In this document: positions 11,330 through 25,160 of the stretch, piece after piece
How the letters are laid out: each line of letters begins with the position of its first letter
How positions within the stretch are numbered: position 1 is the stretch's first letter
Assembly (NCBI RefSeq): GCF_028641065.1
Contig: NC_073406.1
Coordinates: forward strand, 5,766,001-5,830,000
Origin: Leucoraja erinacea
Lineage: Eukaryota
Direction of reading: 5' to 3'
DNA length: 64,000 bases
Position numbers and translations under genes: made by a program
The notes under the pieces: generated by a model
Seen by the model: only the letters and a program-made list of their open reading frames with translations
What the model was told of the DNA's origin: nothing
Databases searched by the model: none

Positions 11330-12502
11330 GTGGGTTGTGGCACAGGTTTGAGTGTGTGGACTCTTGCAAATGTTGTAGTCTGCCAATCCTGGTGTGAGTG
11401 GAATCTCACAGATTACAGCCCATGCCTTTGGGGGAGGTGATTGTTACGTCTTATTACCTTTGGGTGGTAATGCACCAGCATTTTAATGTTTGCCGGTGAA
11501 CTAACCGGTTTTTAATAAATCTACAAAAAACAAAAGACGGAGGGTTGCAAGTGTCCAATAGTAGGGAAGCATAAGTAAAAGTGGAAGTTGACTAATTGAC
11601 CTTGGTAAGCATAACAAAATAAATTATAATCTTTGCTCCTATACTCAACTCCTCTTGTTATGATGGCCAACATGCCATTCGCTTTCTTCACTGCCTGCTG
11701 TACCTGCATGCTTACTTTCATTCACTGATGCACAAGGACCCCCAGATCCCGGTGTACTTCTGAGTTGTGATCCCGTTGTGATCTGAGCATCACAGCCAAT
11801 GAAAACATCTGTGCCAAGATCTTTAAGAATTTAGTACCAATGAGATCACCTAATTTTTCTAAACTTATATAAATTCGGTCTTATTGCCTCCACAGACAAC
11901 CTACAATAAAGGAATCAATTTTTCCTACAAAGTGTACAAATTCACATTTTCCCACATTATGTTCCATTTGCTATGTTCTCTCATTCACCTAGCCTCTCTA
12001 TCTCCTTGAATCCTCCCTACATTTGTTGCAAGCCCACACTGTATCACATTTAATCTATTTTATTTCACTGTTGCAGATATTAAACAGTGGGTTCCAGCAC
12101 TGATCCCTGCAGCACCACTCTAGTCACGACCTGAAAATTGCCCATTTATTCCAACTATTTTCCGTTGGGGAACCAATCATTGATATTCAGTAGTGTATTA
12201 GCTCCAAACTCATGGTTTAAATTTCTGTGGTGCCTTGTTGAACGCCATCCAAAAATCTAATTGCAGCAGGGTTTTACGTTGATAGCTTTTGATCAAATTC
12301 ATTATTTGGCAAAGATGCTATATTGTGACAACTTAACAACCTGATTGTTCAGCTTTGTAAGTCCCAACAATTAATTCTTATGCATTCTTACACATTGGCT
12401 TCTCCAATTATATCGCAGGGAACTGCATTCACTTCCATTCACAAGCCTGGGCTCTTGTCCAAATTCAAAATTTGATTTTGAATCAATATTTTCATTCTTC
12501 AG

Positions 12503-12638
12503 AAACGTACCAGGATGGAGAACTGGATCCAATCACGACAGAAGAGCAGGTACTGGAGGTGACCGGTTACCTATCAAAGGTTGGAGGAATCAGTGAAGTG
12601 CTGGCACGGCGACACATGAAGGTGGCATTTTTTGGCAG
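12503..12638 (+). CDS. MFN2: MFN2 coding exon 2
   Basis: [20 protein letters not shown]...[13 protein letters not shown]; AG/GT. Confidence 0.97.
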
Positions 12639-13031
12639 GTGTGTGGATATTCCATCCCAGTTACTACCTCTAATTCCAGGTCTGCTCTTTTGCTGATCTC
12701 CTCTGTAGGTTGCTGATGGTGTCCCTGTGAATAATGATAGACAGCAGCATTCAGTTACTGATCTGCACCTTCCTGGTTAGGGTAGAGTGTGGTTGGTATT
12801 CCTGAAGCGCAGTGAGACACACTCGTATTACTGCTGGTTCAGTGTTTACTGTCAATACGATACGATAGAATTTTATTCATTGCAGGAGGGAAATTGATCT
12901 GCCAACAGTCATAAAAAACACAAGATACATGAAACATGAAATTAAAGTGACGAGTGGAAAGGCTTGGGGGATGTGCAAAGATTTGGGGGTGGGAGGTGGA
13001 GTACATTGTGTTTACTGTAGTATTTTCACAG

Positions 13032-13194
13032 GACAAGCAACGGGAAAAGCACTGTGATCAACGCCATGCTGTGGGACAAAGTCCTACCCTCGGGAATTGG
13101 CCACACCACCAACTGCTTCCTCCGTGTGGAAGGATCAGATGGGAATGAAGCCTATCTGCTCACAGATGGATCGGAGGAAAAACGGAATATCAAG
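13032..13194 (+). CDS. MFN2: MFN2 coding exon 3
   Basis: [34 protein letters not shown]; AG/GT. Confidence 0.97.
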
Positions 13195-14037
13195 GTGAGA
13201 CGACACCTTAAAACCCAGCACGCAACGTGAAGTAGCTAGAGGGTTTCGGCCAATTTTCTATAGAGCTTGGTGTTGTGGTGGACCAGCACCTGGTGGGAGA
13301 GAGTTGATTTGGGATGTGTTTGCTTTTTTAAAAAAGAGATTGAAGAAAGCTGTTTGAATGAGTGTCAAAAAATGAAATTTGATGGGAGGGGTTAGCATAA
13401 TGTGATGGTTGGGTGGAATTATATTCTTCACTCCGGTATTTTTCTCCTTGCACTAATGGATGCTGCCTCACCTACTGAGTTTCTCCAGCATTTTTGTCTA
13501 CCTTCGATTTTCCAGCATCTGCAGTTCCTTCTTAAATATAAGTACTTGTGTATAGTATGATCCGATTTATTGATTAGTATGCAAGCAAATGCTTTTCACT
13601 GTCCCTGGATACCCATGACAGTAAACCAACACAATACCATGTTGGCTGGGGGAAAGGCTGGGAGACAAAGGTTTTATTCACGTAGTTACACGTGCAGCTA
13701 TTTCTTTGCCTTACTGCTTTAGTTGTTATATCCTCTCTGTGGGGGTACAATGAGGAACTTACCAACCCTCTTAATTTACTGAGGTTTTATTCATGTCTGG
13801 TCCAGTGTAGTTGTAGAGTTGCTGGAGCTGCCTTGTACGTCTCTCTGCCCAGCTGAATTGGAGCTAATTATCAGCATCTCCCGCACCAGTTCCTCCAAGC
13901 TCAAACTTTGCCACCCTATCAGAGACGGGGCCTATCCTGGTATCAAGGCTGAACTCTGTGTGAGACACCATGAGGTAAATGTAGCACAGTGAAGCCAGAG
14001 ACTTGTTTGGTTTAAAGGTTTCTTGTACTTTCTGCAG

Positions 14038-14162
14038 ACGGTGAATCACTTGGCTCATGCCCTGCACCAGGATGACCAGCTCACTGTTGGCAGTCTCGTT
14101 TCTGTCATGTGGCCCAAGATGAAGTGTGCCTTACTGCGAGATGACCTGGTGCTTGTGGACAG
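14038..14162 (+). CDS. MFN2: MFN2 coding exon 4
   Basis: [15 protein letters not shown]...[12 protein letters not shown]; AG/GT. Confidence 0.97.
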
Positions 14163-14204
14163 GTATGAAACGGTACTGAAGGGTTCAACCTGAACTCGCT
14201 GTAA

Positions 14205-14568
<364 letters not shown>

Positions 14569-14613
14569 GTAAGCGGGGAGATGCGAAGAAGGATACATGC
14601 TTTCTATTATGTG

Positions 14614-14912
14614 TAAGAAGGAACTGCTGGTTTAAACCGATGATAGACACAAAAAGATGGAGTAACTCAACGGGACAGGCAGCATCTCTGGAGAGAAGGA
14701 TAGGGTGACGTTTCGGGTCGAGACCCTTCTTCAGACTGGTTAGGGATAAGGGAAACGAGAGATATAGACGGTGATGTGGAGTGATAAAGAACAATGAATG
14801 AAAGGTATGCAAAAAAGTAACGATGATAAAGGAAACAGTTAAGCTGTTTGTAGGGTGAAAATGGGAAGCTAATGCGACCTGGGTGGGGGAGGGATAAAGA
14901 GAGGAGGAATGC
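14614..14912 (-). mobile_element. Penelope-type short repeat with hammerhead-like core
   Basis: tgacgtttcgggtcgagacccttcttcag at 14706-14734; opposite-orientation copy at ~26730-26980. Confidence 0.6.
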
Positions 14913-14947
14913 TACACTTTGTAGTAAAATGCCTGTAGAGAGGCTAA

Positions 14948-15217
<270 letters not shown>

Positions 15218-15976
15218 TAAACAGTGCAAGTTGCTTTCCTCTGTCTTGAGAAATGCAAAGGGAGAGCATTTGACCATTATGACTGCACCATCTCTTTGAA
15301 AGAGCTATCCAATTAGTTCCATTCTTGTTTGTTAATCTCTCCTCTTCATGTACCTGCTCACATTTGTACAGTAAATCACCTTTAACATTGTGGCGAGCTA
15401 CTGATTTTTAATATAGATGAAATGTAAAATGCAGGGCAGGGTTGCCTTGTATCACAATATGAAAACCTATATGGAGCTGTTGTCAGCCCGTCCATTCACT
15501 CGGACTCCTGCACTGGTGAACAAACCATCCTCTGATGAACTTATTTAACAACAAGGTCTCCAGAATGAACACAAGGAGCCAGATCATTCTGTTAATGATT
15601 AGACTATTATTAACTTAGATTAAACATGAAACCACAAGAGTGTTCAAAATTAAAAGTTCAAATAATTTAATTAACAACAATGAAATAAAAATAGCAGTTT
15701 TATTTTCACCTTCCCCCATCTCTGCTAGTTTAAGTAACAGTTCACCTACCTCATTGGAGACCTTTGAACTATCTTTAATTGGACTGTCTTGGATTTCAAT
15801 GTAAAATATCTTGCACTGAATGTCGTTCCCTTTATCCTTTACCTGTGGTCAGCTTGATTGTATTCATGTATAGTCTTTCCTCTGACTGGATAGTATGCAA
15901 ACAAAGGCTTTTCACTGTACCTCAGTACATTGGACAATAATAAACCATCTAATCATGTTGTGCATGTTATAAACAG

Positions 15977-16044
15977 GTGGAGCGCTGGCTGAAGGATTCC
16001 AGGCAAGAATGTTTGAATTCCAAAACTTTGAGCGTCGGTTTGAG
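15977..16044 (+). CDS. MFN2: MFN2 coding exon 8
   Basis: GALAEGFQARMFEFQNFERRFE; AG/GT. Confidence 0.97.
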
Positions 16045-16216
16045 GTGAGCGTTTGTTGATATACAGCTTTCAGATATACTGCTTTCTTTCGGGCCCGTCT
16101 ATTTTGTAAATCCATTTTGAAAGTTCTAAGAATGCTGATTGATGGTCTGTTCTGATAAAGATCTTTCAGATCAAACAGTGAGTTACTGTAATTGTGGCTT
16201 TTAAGACGCCCCCAGG

Positions 16217-16500
16217 ATGGCACAATAACGCAGCTGGAATAGTTGCACTCACAGCAGCAGAGTGCCTCGGGTGCAGTCTGTGTGAAGTTTGCACGTTCTC
16301 CCTGTGACTGCATAGGTTTGCTCTGGGTGCTCCGGTGTCCCCTCCCATCCCAAAGACGTGCAGGTTTGCAGATTAACTGGCCTCTGTAAATTGCACCCAG
16401 TGTACCGGGAGTGGGCGGGAAAGTGGAATAACATAAAACAAGTGTAAATGGCTGATCGATGGCTGGCATGGACTCAGTGTGGCGAAGAGTCTGTTTCCAT
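16217..16500 (+). mobile_element. HE1-like V-SINE (degenerate)
   Basis: gtctgtgtgaagtttgcacgttctccctgtgactgc...tgctccggt...cccatcccaaagacgtgcaggt, the V-SINE central domain. Confidence 0.7.
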
Positions 16501-16545
16501 CAATCATTCAATCCAGTCATTTGTTTGCAAAACTTCACCCCACAG

Positions 16546-16667
16546 GAATGTATTTCACAGTCAGCAGTTAAAACCAAGTTTGAGCAACACACCGTTCGCG
16601 CCAAGCAGATTTCAGATACCCTGCGGCGAATTATGGGTGCTGTGCATGTTTCTGCCACTGAACAGAG
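16546..16667 (+). CDS. MFN2: MFN2 coding exon 9
   Basis: [40 protein letters not shown]; AG/GT. Confidence 0.97.
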
Positions 16668-16847
16668 GTACGTACAATGTGGGTTTGTTGTGTGTGTCAA
16701 ATGGGGCTCAATGTGTGATGGTGCTCTTGCATCCCCAATTTAGTCAACCTGCCGTGATTGGATGGTGATGTTAATTTGGTAGAAATAAGGAATACCAGAT
16801 TGTAAGGAAGAAAAAATTAAAATAAAACAACTTTACTTTTCTTTCAG

Positions 16848-16974
16848 GGTGCATTGCCTGAATCAGAGAGAGGAGAGAATGGATCGATTGGAGTTTATTG
16901 AGAATCAGCTGGATTTGTTAACTCAGGATTGTAAAAGCAAGATCAAACAAATTACTGAGGAGGTGGAGCGACAG
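16848..16974 (+). CDS. MFN2: MFN2 coding exon 10
   Basis: [42 protein letters not shown]; AG/GT. Confidence 0.97.
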
Positions 16975-17049
16975 GTGAGAGTGTGAGTTTTTGGATCATC
17001 TGAGCAGAGTGTTTGGTGTATGATTTAATGTTCAGCTGTTTACCAGACA

Positions 17050-17400
17050 TTTGGCATGTCTCCGGTGATTCTTCCAAACTTCAACGAATGCATCATACTG
17101 TCATACTGCATCACAGCTTGGTATGGGATCAGCTCTGACCAACACCGCAAGAAATTTCAGAGAGTTGTAGATGTAGACCAGCCCTTCACACAGACCGGAG
17201 ACCCCACCACAGACATCAACCATACCATGTTGCATCAGAAAAGCTGCAAACATAAGCAGAGTTGTCCCACCCTGGTCTTTCCTTCTTCTCCCTGATCTCG
17301 TTGGCAGAAAGTACAGAAGCTTGAAAATGCGCACCACCAGACTCTGGGAAAAGCTTCTCCCCTCTGTTATCAGGCTTCCATAAGCCAGGGCACTATCGAA
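17050..17400 (+). mobile_element. Degenerate Rex1/Babar-type LINE 3' fragment
   Basis: ILSYCITAWYG...RKKFQRVV motif of the post-RT C-terminal region. Confidence 0.6.
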
Positions 17401-17664
17401 TTCACCTTCACCCCATTGAAGTCATTATACTTTGTTTATGTAACTGATGTGCTACAATGCTGATATCTATATTCTACACTCTGTATCTTCCCTTTTGCAC
17501 TACCAATTATATTTGAGTTTGACTTGGTTATATTTATGTATGTAAATCTGATCTGTTTGGTTAGCAAAGAAAACAAAGCTTTTCAATATACCTCAGTATA
17601 TGAGACAAAACCTAGGCTGTGACATATTATCTGCTATTGTTTGATGCCGTTTCCTTTGTCTCAG

Positions 17665-17769
17665 GTCTCTAATGCAATGGCAGAAGAAATACGACAGCTT
17701 TCCATGTTGGTGGATGATTTCCACTTGGATTTTCACCCCTCACAGGTGGTGCTCAAAGTCTATAAAAGT
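17665..17769 (+). CDS. MFN2: MFN2 coding exon 11
   Basis: [35 protein letters not shown]; AG/GT. Confidence 0.97.
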
Positions 17770-19312
17770 GTGAGTATCGAGGTGTTGGAGTGAGGAAATT
17801 GTCCCCCCTGAGAGTTTTCATTAATGAGAGAGGAGTAGGGAAAATGGTGGAATCTGTTGTAATGGAAATGCACTTGGCAAATAATAATAATGTTGGGCAG
17901 TCAAAGTGGTTTATGAAATGAAAATCATGTTTGACAAACCTGTTAGACATCAAAACCAACAACTTTTAGGGGAATTGATTGTTGTATTTTTGATTATCAT
18001 AAGGCTTTTAAAGTGTCACACAGATTATTAACCAAAATTGAATAAACATGTTATTTTGTGTTGAGTGGCCGTGACAACGTTTATAATATGGATGAGGGGA
18101 ATAAGTATGACATTTGGGCTGTGATGAGGATGTACAGAGTCTTCAGGATATATAGACAGCCAGTTAGGTGGAAAAAATAGAATGGTGGAATATTTTTTAA
18201 ATGGTGAATGACTCGGCGTCCTAGTGTACAAAATTACCTGCTATTCTTTGTACATGAATCACTGAAAGTTACAATGCTGGTTAACCAGGCAACTAGGAAG
18301 GCAAACTATTGGCAAGAATGCCAATAAAGAATTGCAAGAATTTGAGTACAAAAGTAAAGATGGTTTGTTCCAAATATATAGTGACCTAGAGAGGCTGCGT
18401 CCAGAAGTTCATACAGCGATCATAATGTGGTAGAGAGTCATAATTGTACACACAGAAATAAGCCCTTCAGTCCACCATGCAACCTTTCGGCTGATCTACA
18501 CTCATCCCCTATGGTTGCCTTAGATCTGCATCCTGCACCGTGCCTATTTAACTGCTTGTCTAATAATATATTAAATGTAGTGATTTTATCTGACTCTAGC
18601 CTCACCGCTGGTGATGAGTTTCAGATATCAATCATTCTGTGTATTTTTTTATTAAAAATCCCCTTGGGTGCCCTTTAAAACCTCCTTTTCACCTGAAACC
18701 TATGGGGTGTTGTTTTTGATACCTCTATCATGGGGGGGGGGGGGAGAGATTCTGCTTTATTTCCACTGCTTATAATTGTATACATATCTATCACTTCTAT
18801 CACTTCACCCTTCAGCTTTCTTTGCTCCAGGGAAAACAAAGTTTATCCTATTTCATCCCGTAATTAAAGCCCTTCATTTCAGAAAAAAACATCCAACTGC
18901 ATCCTCCCTGCACTCTGTCCAGTGCAAGCACATCCTTCCTATAGTGTGATGACCAGAACTGCAGAATGTATCCATGGGACCTTGATTTGATCATGACGAA
19001 AGTACAGAGTCAATGAATTTCTGTAGGGTAAGTCATCTAAAGCTTAGGAGGAACAAGAGGAAAGGTTGGAGAACTATCAATCATAGACAGATTTGTAAGC
19101 CAACGTGCATGTCAGACTATGAGGGAAGGGAAATATAAAAGATTGCAAGAGCTAGACCGATACTTGCATTCGGACTCCATGCACAGGTGATGAGACAAAT
19201 CTGAGATGATGCTTCTGAATGTGAAAGTGTTTCTTCAGATTGGGGTTGCTGCAGGTGTCTTTGATCTCAACCTGTTCCATTACTTAAATGTCAATCTTTT
19301 TCCCTTCTGCAG

Positions 19313-19415
19313 GAGCTTCATAAACACCTTGAGGAAGGTCTTGGACGCAACATGTCTGAGCGTTGCTCTGTCACCATTACATCCAGCCTCCAGAAAACCC
19401 AGCAAGAAATGATTG
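19313..19415 (+). CDS. MFN2: MFN2 coding exon 12
   Basis: [34 protein letters not shown]; AG/GT. Confidence 0.97.
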
Positions 19416-19517
19416 GTAATTGCTAGACAGACAATTCTTCCTCACTATAACAGAGCTTCAGTTATATATGGACAAAGAATATCTAAATTGGCCACAAATG
19501 ATAGATTTAAATGCTTG

Positions 19518-19975
19518 TCATAAGGCTGATCTATGCTGGCCTCTATGACTCTTCATTGCCTGTTCCCCATACCCTTCAATCCCTTGATCGTTCAAATAAT
19601 CTACATCCATGTTGTATATTTCTAATGATCTAGCTTCCGCCACCCTCTGGGGAAGAGAATTCCAGAGATTCCTTGCCCTGTGGAAGTAGAAATATTTGCG
19701 CACCTCAATTTTAGACGACCACCTCTTGTAACTATGTCCCTTGTTCATGACTTCCCCACATTTAGGTTTATTATTGTCATGTGTACCGTGGTACAGTGAA
19801 AACCTGTTTTGCATGCTACCCAATGGGGTAGAGAGAAGGGAAAGGTACAGAGTGCATAATACTGGTGACAACATCTCGGTATCAATTCTGTCAAGTCTCA
19901 TTAGGATCTTGTATGTTTTTCTAATCTCTAAGGAATGCAGACCAAAACTGTCTGGCCTCTCTTGAAAGGACAACT
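19518..19975 (-). mobile_element. CR1-type LINE 3' fragment with an internal insertion
   Basis: Minus-strand ...GLHSLE..YKIL.....EVRKYFYFHRARNLWNSLPQRVAEA. Confidence 0.7.
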
Positions 19976-20538
19976 CTTAAATCCCAGCATTTCAATCTAG
20001 CACCAACACCACGTGTATTTGTTTCACTACGATCCAAGCACAGCTTGCTAATTGACACAGGAGAGATCAGAAATTGGAGACTAAAGACTTTCAAACATAC
20101 ATGTGAGATAAACAAATGTTGAGAGAGGGGAAGGCTGTAAATGTAATGGTGAGATGAAAGGGAGTAAGTTGGGGATTACCCAGAATATTCAAACTGAAGG
20201 TTATCTGGTGGTGGTGCAATATATTCAAATATGTGTATTGATGTGGTAAGAGTACAATGTTGGGAAGCGCAGGTAACCTAGTTCTCAATACTGGGGATTT
20301 TTCTTGACTTGTTCTTGGGTCTGCTGTGAACAGATTGATGGAGATTTATTCCAGCAGTTGGCCTGAACCACCATTATCATTGTATCATATACCACCAGGA
20401 TGGTAGGATATAAATTAGATGAAGCCTGATTTTGTCCACAATTTCTCTATTCCTATTGAATTCCCTGGTCAGTCCTCTTGGGAGTCAGTCCTGAGTGAGC
20501 TATTGTTTAGTGATGATATCCCTTCAAATTTTATCCAG

Positions 20539-20759
20539 ACAGCCTCCAGCCTCTACTGCCACCCGCGGAGAGAGGCCGTGTCGATCTTCCAATCCCTCGT
20601 CAATGCTTCAGTCTCAGTTATGATCTGAACTGTGATCGGCTCTGCACAGATTTCCAGGAAGATGTTGAATTTCACTTCTCACTCGGATGGACAATGCTTG
20701 TCAGTCGTTTCCTTGGACCAAAAAATGGCCGCAGGGCATTGGCGGGATGCAGTGACCAG
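20539..20759 (+). CDS. MFN2: MFN2 coding exon 13
   Basis: [62 protein letters not shown]; AG/GT. Confidence 0.96.
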
Positions 20760-20976
20760 GTAAGAGGCAAAGAAGGAAATACTGTGGTCGTTCTATGCAT
20801 TATAAGCTCCCACATCCAGCAATGTGGCAATGATCATGTCATCTTTACATAATACTGATTGAGGGATAAAGAGGCCTAGATACTAGCAAGAATTCCTTGC
20901 TCCTTTTTTAAATATCAGAGATTATCAGCTGGTGTGTGCAATCTTTCTCCTGATTTTTGGTGTCCTGTGTCCCCAG

Positions 20977-21132
20977 GTAACAAGGCAAATGCCTATTACC
21001 CCTGTCAGCACCAGCTTGCCACCGTTACCCCAAGGGTCGATGACCCAGGAAGAACTTATGGTGTCCATGGTAACTGGATTAGCATCTTTAACTTCACGGA
21101 CATCAATGGGAATAATCGTAGTTGGTGGTGTG
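20977..21132 (+). CDS. MFN2: MFN2 coding exon 14
   Basis: [52 protein letters not shown]; AG/GT. Confidence 0.97.
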
Positions 21133-21656
21133 GTAAGTGACAGTTTTCCAGTCGGCATCAAGTCGAGATCAGAAGGTGATCATTGCCATCTCTCTAATTT
21201 TGAAGAGCATCTATGTAATTTCTCTGCGGTATCTAGAGGTCATGCACAGAACACAAAAATATGCTATTAATGGTAACAATGGGAATCGGAGGGAATCCGA
21301 AGGGATTTTTTTTTTTTTCTCCAAGCATTATAAGTCTTTGAACTTCTTTTTTTGAAGACCAATGAGAATAGACAGAGGTGAAAGGTTATTGAGTGGACGG
21401 GAATGTGGAGCAGAGATTATTCAGATCAGCTAAAATCTTGTTGAATGACAGGACAGGTTTGAGGAGCCTGCACCTACTCTGAGTTTGTATGTTGTTAAAC
21501 AAGTACACACAAATCAGTCTGTGATGGTCTATTATTAGTCAGATTTGGGCACTCTATGCACAGAAGACCACAATTTAATTCCTCGAATGTTAACCTGTGG
21601 AATGATACAGGGGTAGATTTGAAGAAATGTGATCCCATGTCTTATTTTTCTCCCAG

Positions 21657-21853
21657 GTGTGGAAGGCAGTGGGTTGGAGGCTGATTGCACTGACAGTTGG
21701 AATGTACGGTCTCCTGTATGTGTATGAGCGTCTGACGTGGACAAACAGAGCAAAGGAACGAACCTTCAAGCGGCAGTTTGTGGACTATGCTGCTGAGAAA
21801 CTACAGCTCATAGTCAGTTACACAGGTTCCAACTGCAGTCATCAGGTGCAACA
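21657..21853 (+). CDS. MFN2: MFN2 coding exon 15
   Basis: [29 protein letters not shown]...[13 protein letters not shown]; AG/GT. Confidence 0.97.
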
Positions 21854-22464
21854 GTAAGTATGGAAGATTGTGTAAGAATGAACTGCAAATGCTAATATAA
21901 ACTGAAGTTAGACACAAAAAGCTGGAATAAGAAGGGTCTCACCTGAAACGTCACCCATTCCTTCTTTCCAAAGATGCTGCCTGACCCGCTGAGTTACTCC
22001 AGCACTGTGTGTCTTTCTTTGAAATCATTGTTTGTTTTCATGTCCAGTCATGTAGTACAGAAACAGGCCCTTTGGCCCATCATATTCATGCTGACCATCA
22101 CGTACCCATCAGCATTAAACCCATTTACTAGCACTTGGCGCATAGCCTTCTATGACTTGGGGATTCAAGTGATCGCCGACGTACTTAAATGTTGTATGGG
22201 TTCTCAGGTAGTGTGTTCCAAAGTCCAACCAACTCTTGGTGAGAAAACTCTTCATCAGATCCTTTCAAAAGCTCCTGCTGTTCAGCTTGACCTGATCTTG
22301 GGCAATTCTGCCATGGGAAACGGTTTCCCTTGATCTTCTTTCCTAAGCCTCTCGTTATTTTGTACCGACCTCCACTTCTTGGTTAATTTGTTAATTATTT
22401 CAATCAATATCCAGTTTATTGTCCTGCATTTCATAATTTTGCTGTACTCAATGTTCTCTTGCAG

Positions 22465-22599
22465 AGAGCTGGCAGGGACATTTGCCCAGCTGTGTCAGCA
22501 AGTGGATGTGACACGGCAGAGCCTGGATGTGGAAATTAAAGACCTGAATAAGAAGATTGAACAGCTGGACTCGCTCCAGAGTAAAGCCAAGTTGCTCAG
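22465..22599 (+). CDS. MFN2: MFN2 coding exon 16
   Basis: [45 protein letters not shown]; AG/GT. Confidence 0.97.
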
Positions 22600-22822
22600 G
22601 TTGGTACCTGTTTTGCAAAGATTAGCAGCTTTGGTATCACAAATTAGCTTGCAGAAACTTCCTGCTCAGTGCAAAACTCTTTCAAAAACCTAATGTGCTC
22701 GATTTTAGAATAATTGGACCTGGATTGGTGGTCATATAAATTACTGAATGCAATTAAATTACTGAGGGCATAATAATTTCATGTGTTTCTGCCTTCAAGG
22801 AACCCACATTTATCTTTACTAA

Positions 22823-22921
<99 letters not shown>

Positions 22922-23005
22922 GAGGACTGTGGCAGGTTCAAGATTGCAAGATGTCTTCACTTTGTGAGCAGGCAGAGTTCAGCAGCTGCAATAGAGAAGG
23001 ATGGT

Positions 23006-23042
<37 letters not shown>

Positions 23043-25154
23043 ACATCATTGGGATCTTAATTTTTGCTCAGAATAATATATAAACATTTTGGAACTGATT
23101 TAAAGCTGCTGGGCTGAGTAAACAACAGTAACTAACTGGCCCAGAGCCTACTGTTTCACCTATGGGGAGACTTATGATCCAAATCGTACTGCCCTCGCAT
23201 GAAAATAGCATTCACCCTGCACAAATTGGAGGTTGGAGTACATTTGAATTTTGACCCTCTTAACGCTGCCTTCTCTTCCCTCCAGCTTACACAGATAATC
23301 TCATCATGTTGTACAGACCTTTCACCATGGTAGGAATGTTGACTGAATCTGGTCAGGGTAATATTTGCTACTTCCTGCTTTATCTTGGAGTGGAATAAAG
23401 AGGCTGAGAATATTTATTTAATAATCCTGAGAGATACTCGCTCTATTTTAACTGCCCATGCACTTGATAACTGACTGATGCTCATGAATTGGTGACTCTG
23501 AGTTGCTCTTTGCTATTGGGTTTCAAAGAAAGATTAAGGAGGATTCAATCTTTGATCCATTGTATGCCATCTGACGATTATATTTCAGCCATGGTAGCAT
23601 TAATATCCTGAATCTCTCAATTCGATCCTAAGCTGTAACTTTTTAAGTTATCTGTTATTTTATATCTGGTGTTCCATTTATTTCCTTAAAACAAGCAGTT
23701 ATAAACACTCTTGAATTGGCCAGAGATTGACATTATAATCAACTGAATATGTGATAATGTGCCCTGTGCCTCAATTGGTAGTACAGATTAGCCAGCATAT
23801 AATAAAAATAGGAATGAAGTTCAAATCTGAATGGACGGGGTAATATCAAAATAGTAGGATAATGCCGTATGTGAAAAGAATGTCTGTGATTTAATAATAG
23901 ATGTGGATGTCAAGTGAGACACCATTACAGATATTATAATTCTAATTTAGTGTGGATTATGTTGGACTTTCTGAAATTGAAGGCGAACTCTGATCTTGCC
24001 CTCCTCTTCCTTGTCTATTTTTGCCCTGGTCCCTATTGCTGCTTTTTCTCTGATCATCCCACTTTACCAAAACCAGTGAGTATCTTGACAGGGTATGATA
24101 CGTTAAAACCAGTGAAAAGTCGCTTTTCTCGTTAATTAATTTAATTTATAAAAATTGTTGTAATTTGCCTTCATTGTAAATGGAAAGAACATGCTCTGAA
24201 TCTGAATGGCTTGATTATAAATACAGTTGGATGTTTTTTGTTGGCATCACAGTACAGTGTGCATGGGGCATCATCTCCACTGACAAAGGTAAAATGTACA
24301 AGACCTGATGAAACCCTGCTATGTTGTCATAGTGAAGAAAAAGTCAAAATAATCTACCATGAATTTTGTTTTAACTTGTCACAAACAGCACTCAGTTCTA
24401 TTGCAGTAAGGTGGCTGATCATAGATGAAACACTTTACTTGTGTTGGGAATCGCAGCTTTTACTGTATCCGAGGAACACAGTTCTGGATCTGCCTTCTCA
24501 TTTTTCATGCTTTAAAGATTATCATTGTTGTGTTTAAACACTACCTTGGGTGAGATTCACTGTTTTATGGATTCAGACCTTCACTTAATATTGCAAATAC
24601 ACTTAATGAGTATCTTGGAGAAAAGGCTGATTAATATGTTGAAGACATTACGCTTAGTTTTATAGATGGAAACCAATTTTCTGTCCAGTTTTGTTCATAA
24701 GAATGATGGGTGTTCTGTGAGAGATAGGATTCTGCTTCATTTGGGTTTGAATCATTGCACTGAGTAGCTGTAAACAATTAACATAAAATAACCCAAACAT
24801 TTTGCTGAACTGAAGTTGCGAGATGGGTTTAAATCTCTGCTCATGTTGAATAGTTTTGATTGGAGATAATTGATCTGAAACGTTAACTCTTTCTCTCCTC
24901 AAGGGTCATTTTGTTCTATTTCCAGCATTTTTCGTTTTAAATTCAAATATCCCACATCTGCAGTATTTTATGTTTGTTCTAAATCTGCACTTTTGACCAC
25001 CTATTCTATTGGATTTTGAGCAAATTGTTTTGGTTAATATGCACTTTATGTTTTTTTTGCTGCTCAAGGCTATATCTTTAATTTAATAGTCAAAATTGAT
25101 GTACTGCTGTACTGTTGTCTTCGCAGTCTGATAATCAGTACCAGGCTTGTTTAA

Positions 25155-25160
25155 AATAAA
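25155..25160 (+). terminator. MFN2: Probable MFN2 polyadenylation signal
   Basis: AATAAA at the end of a ~2.2-kb AU-rich, largely repeat-free stretch after the stop; other AATAAA exist (e.g. ~23394, ~23801). Confidence 0.5.
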
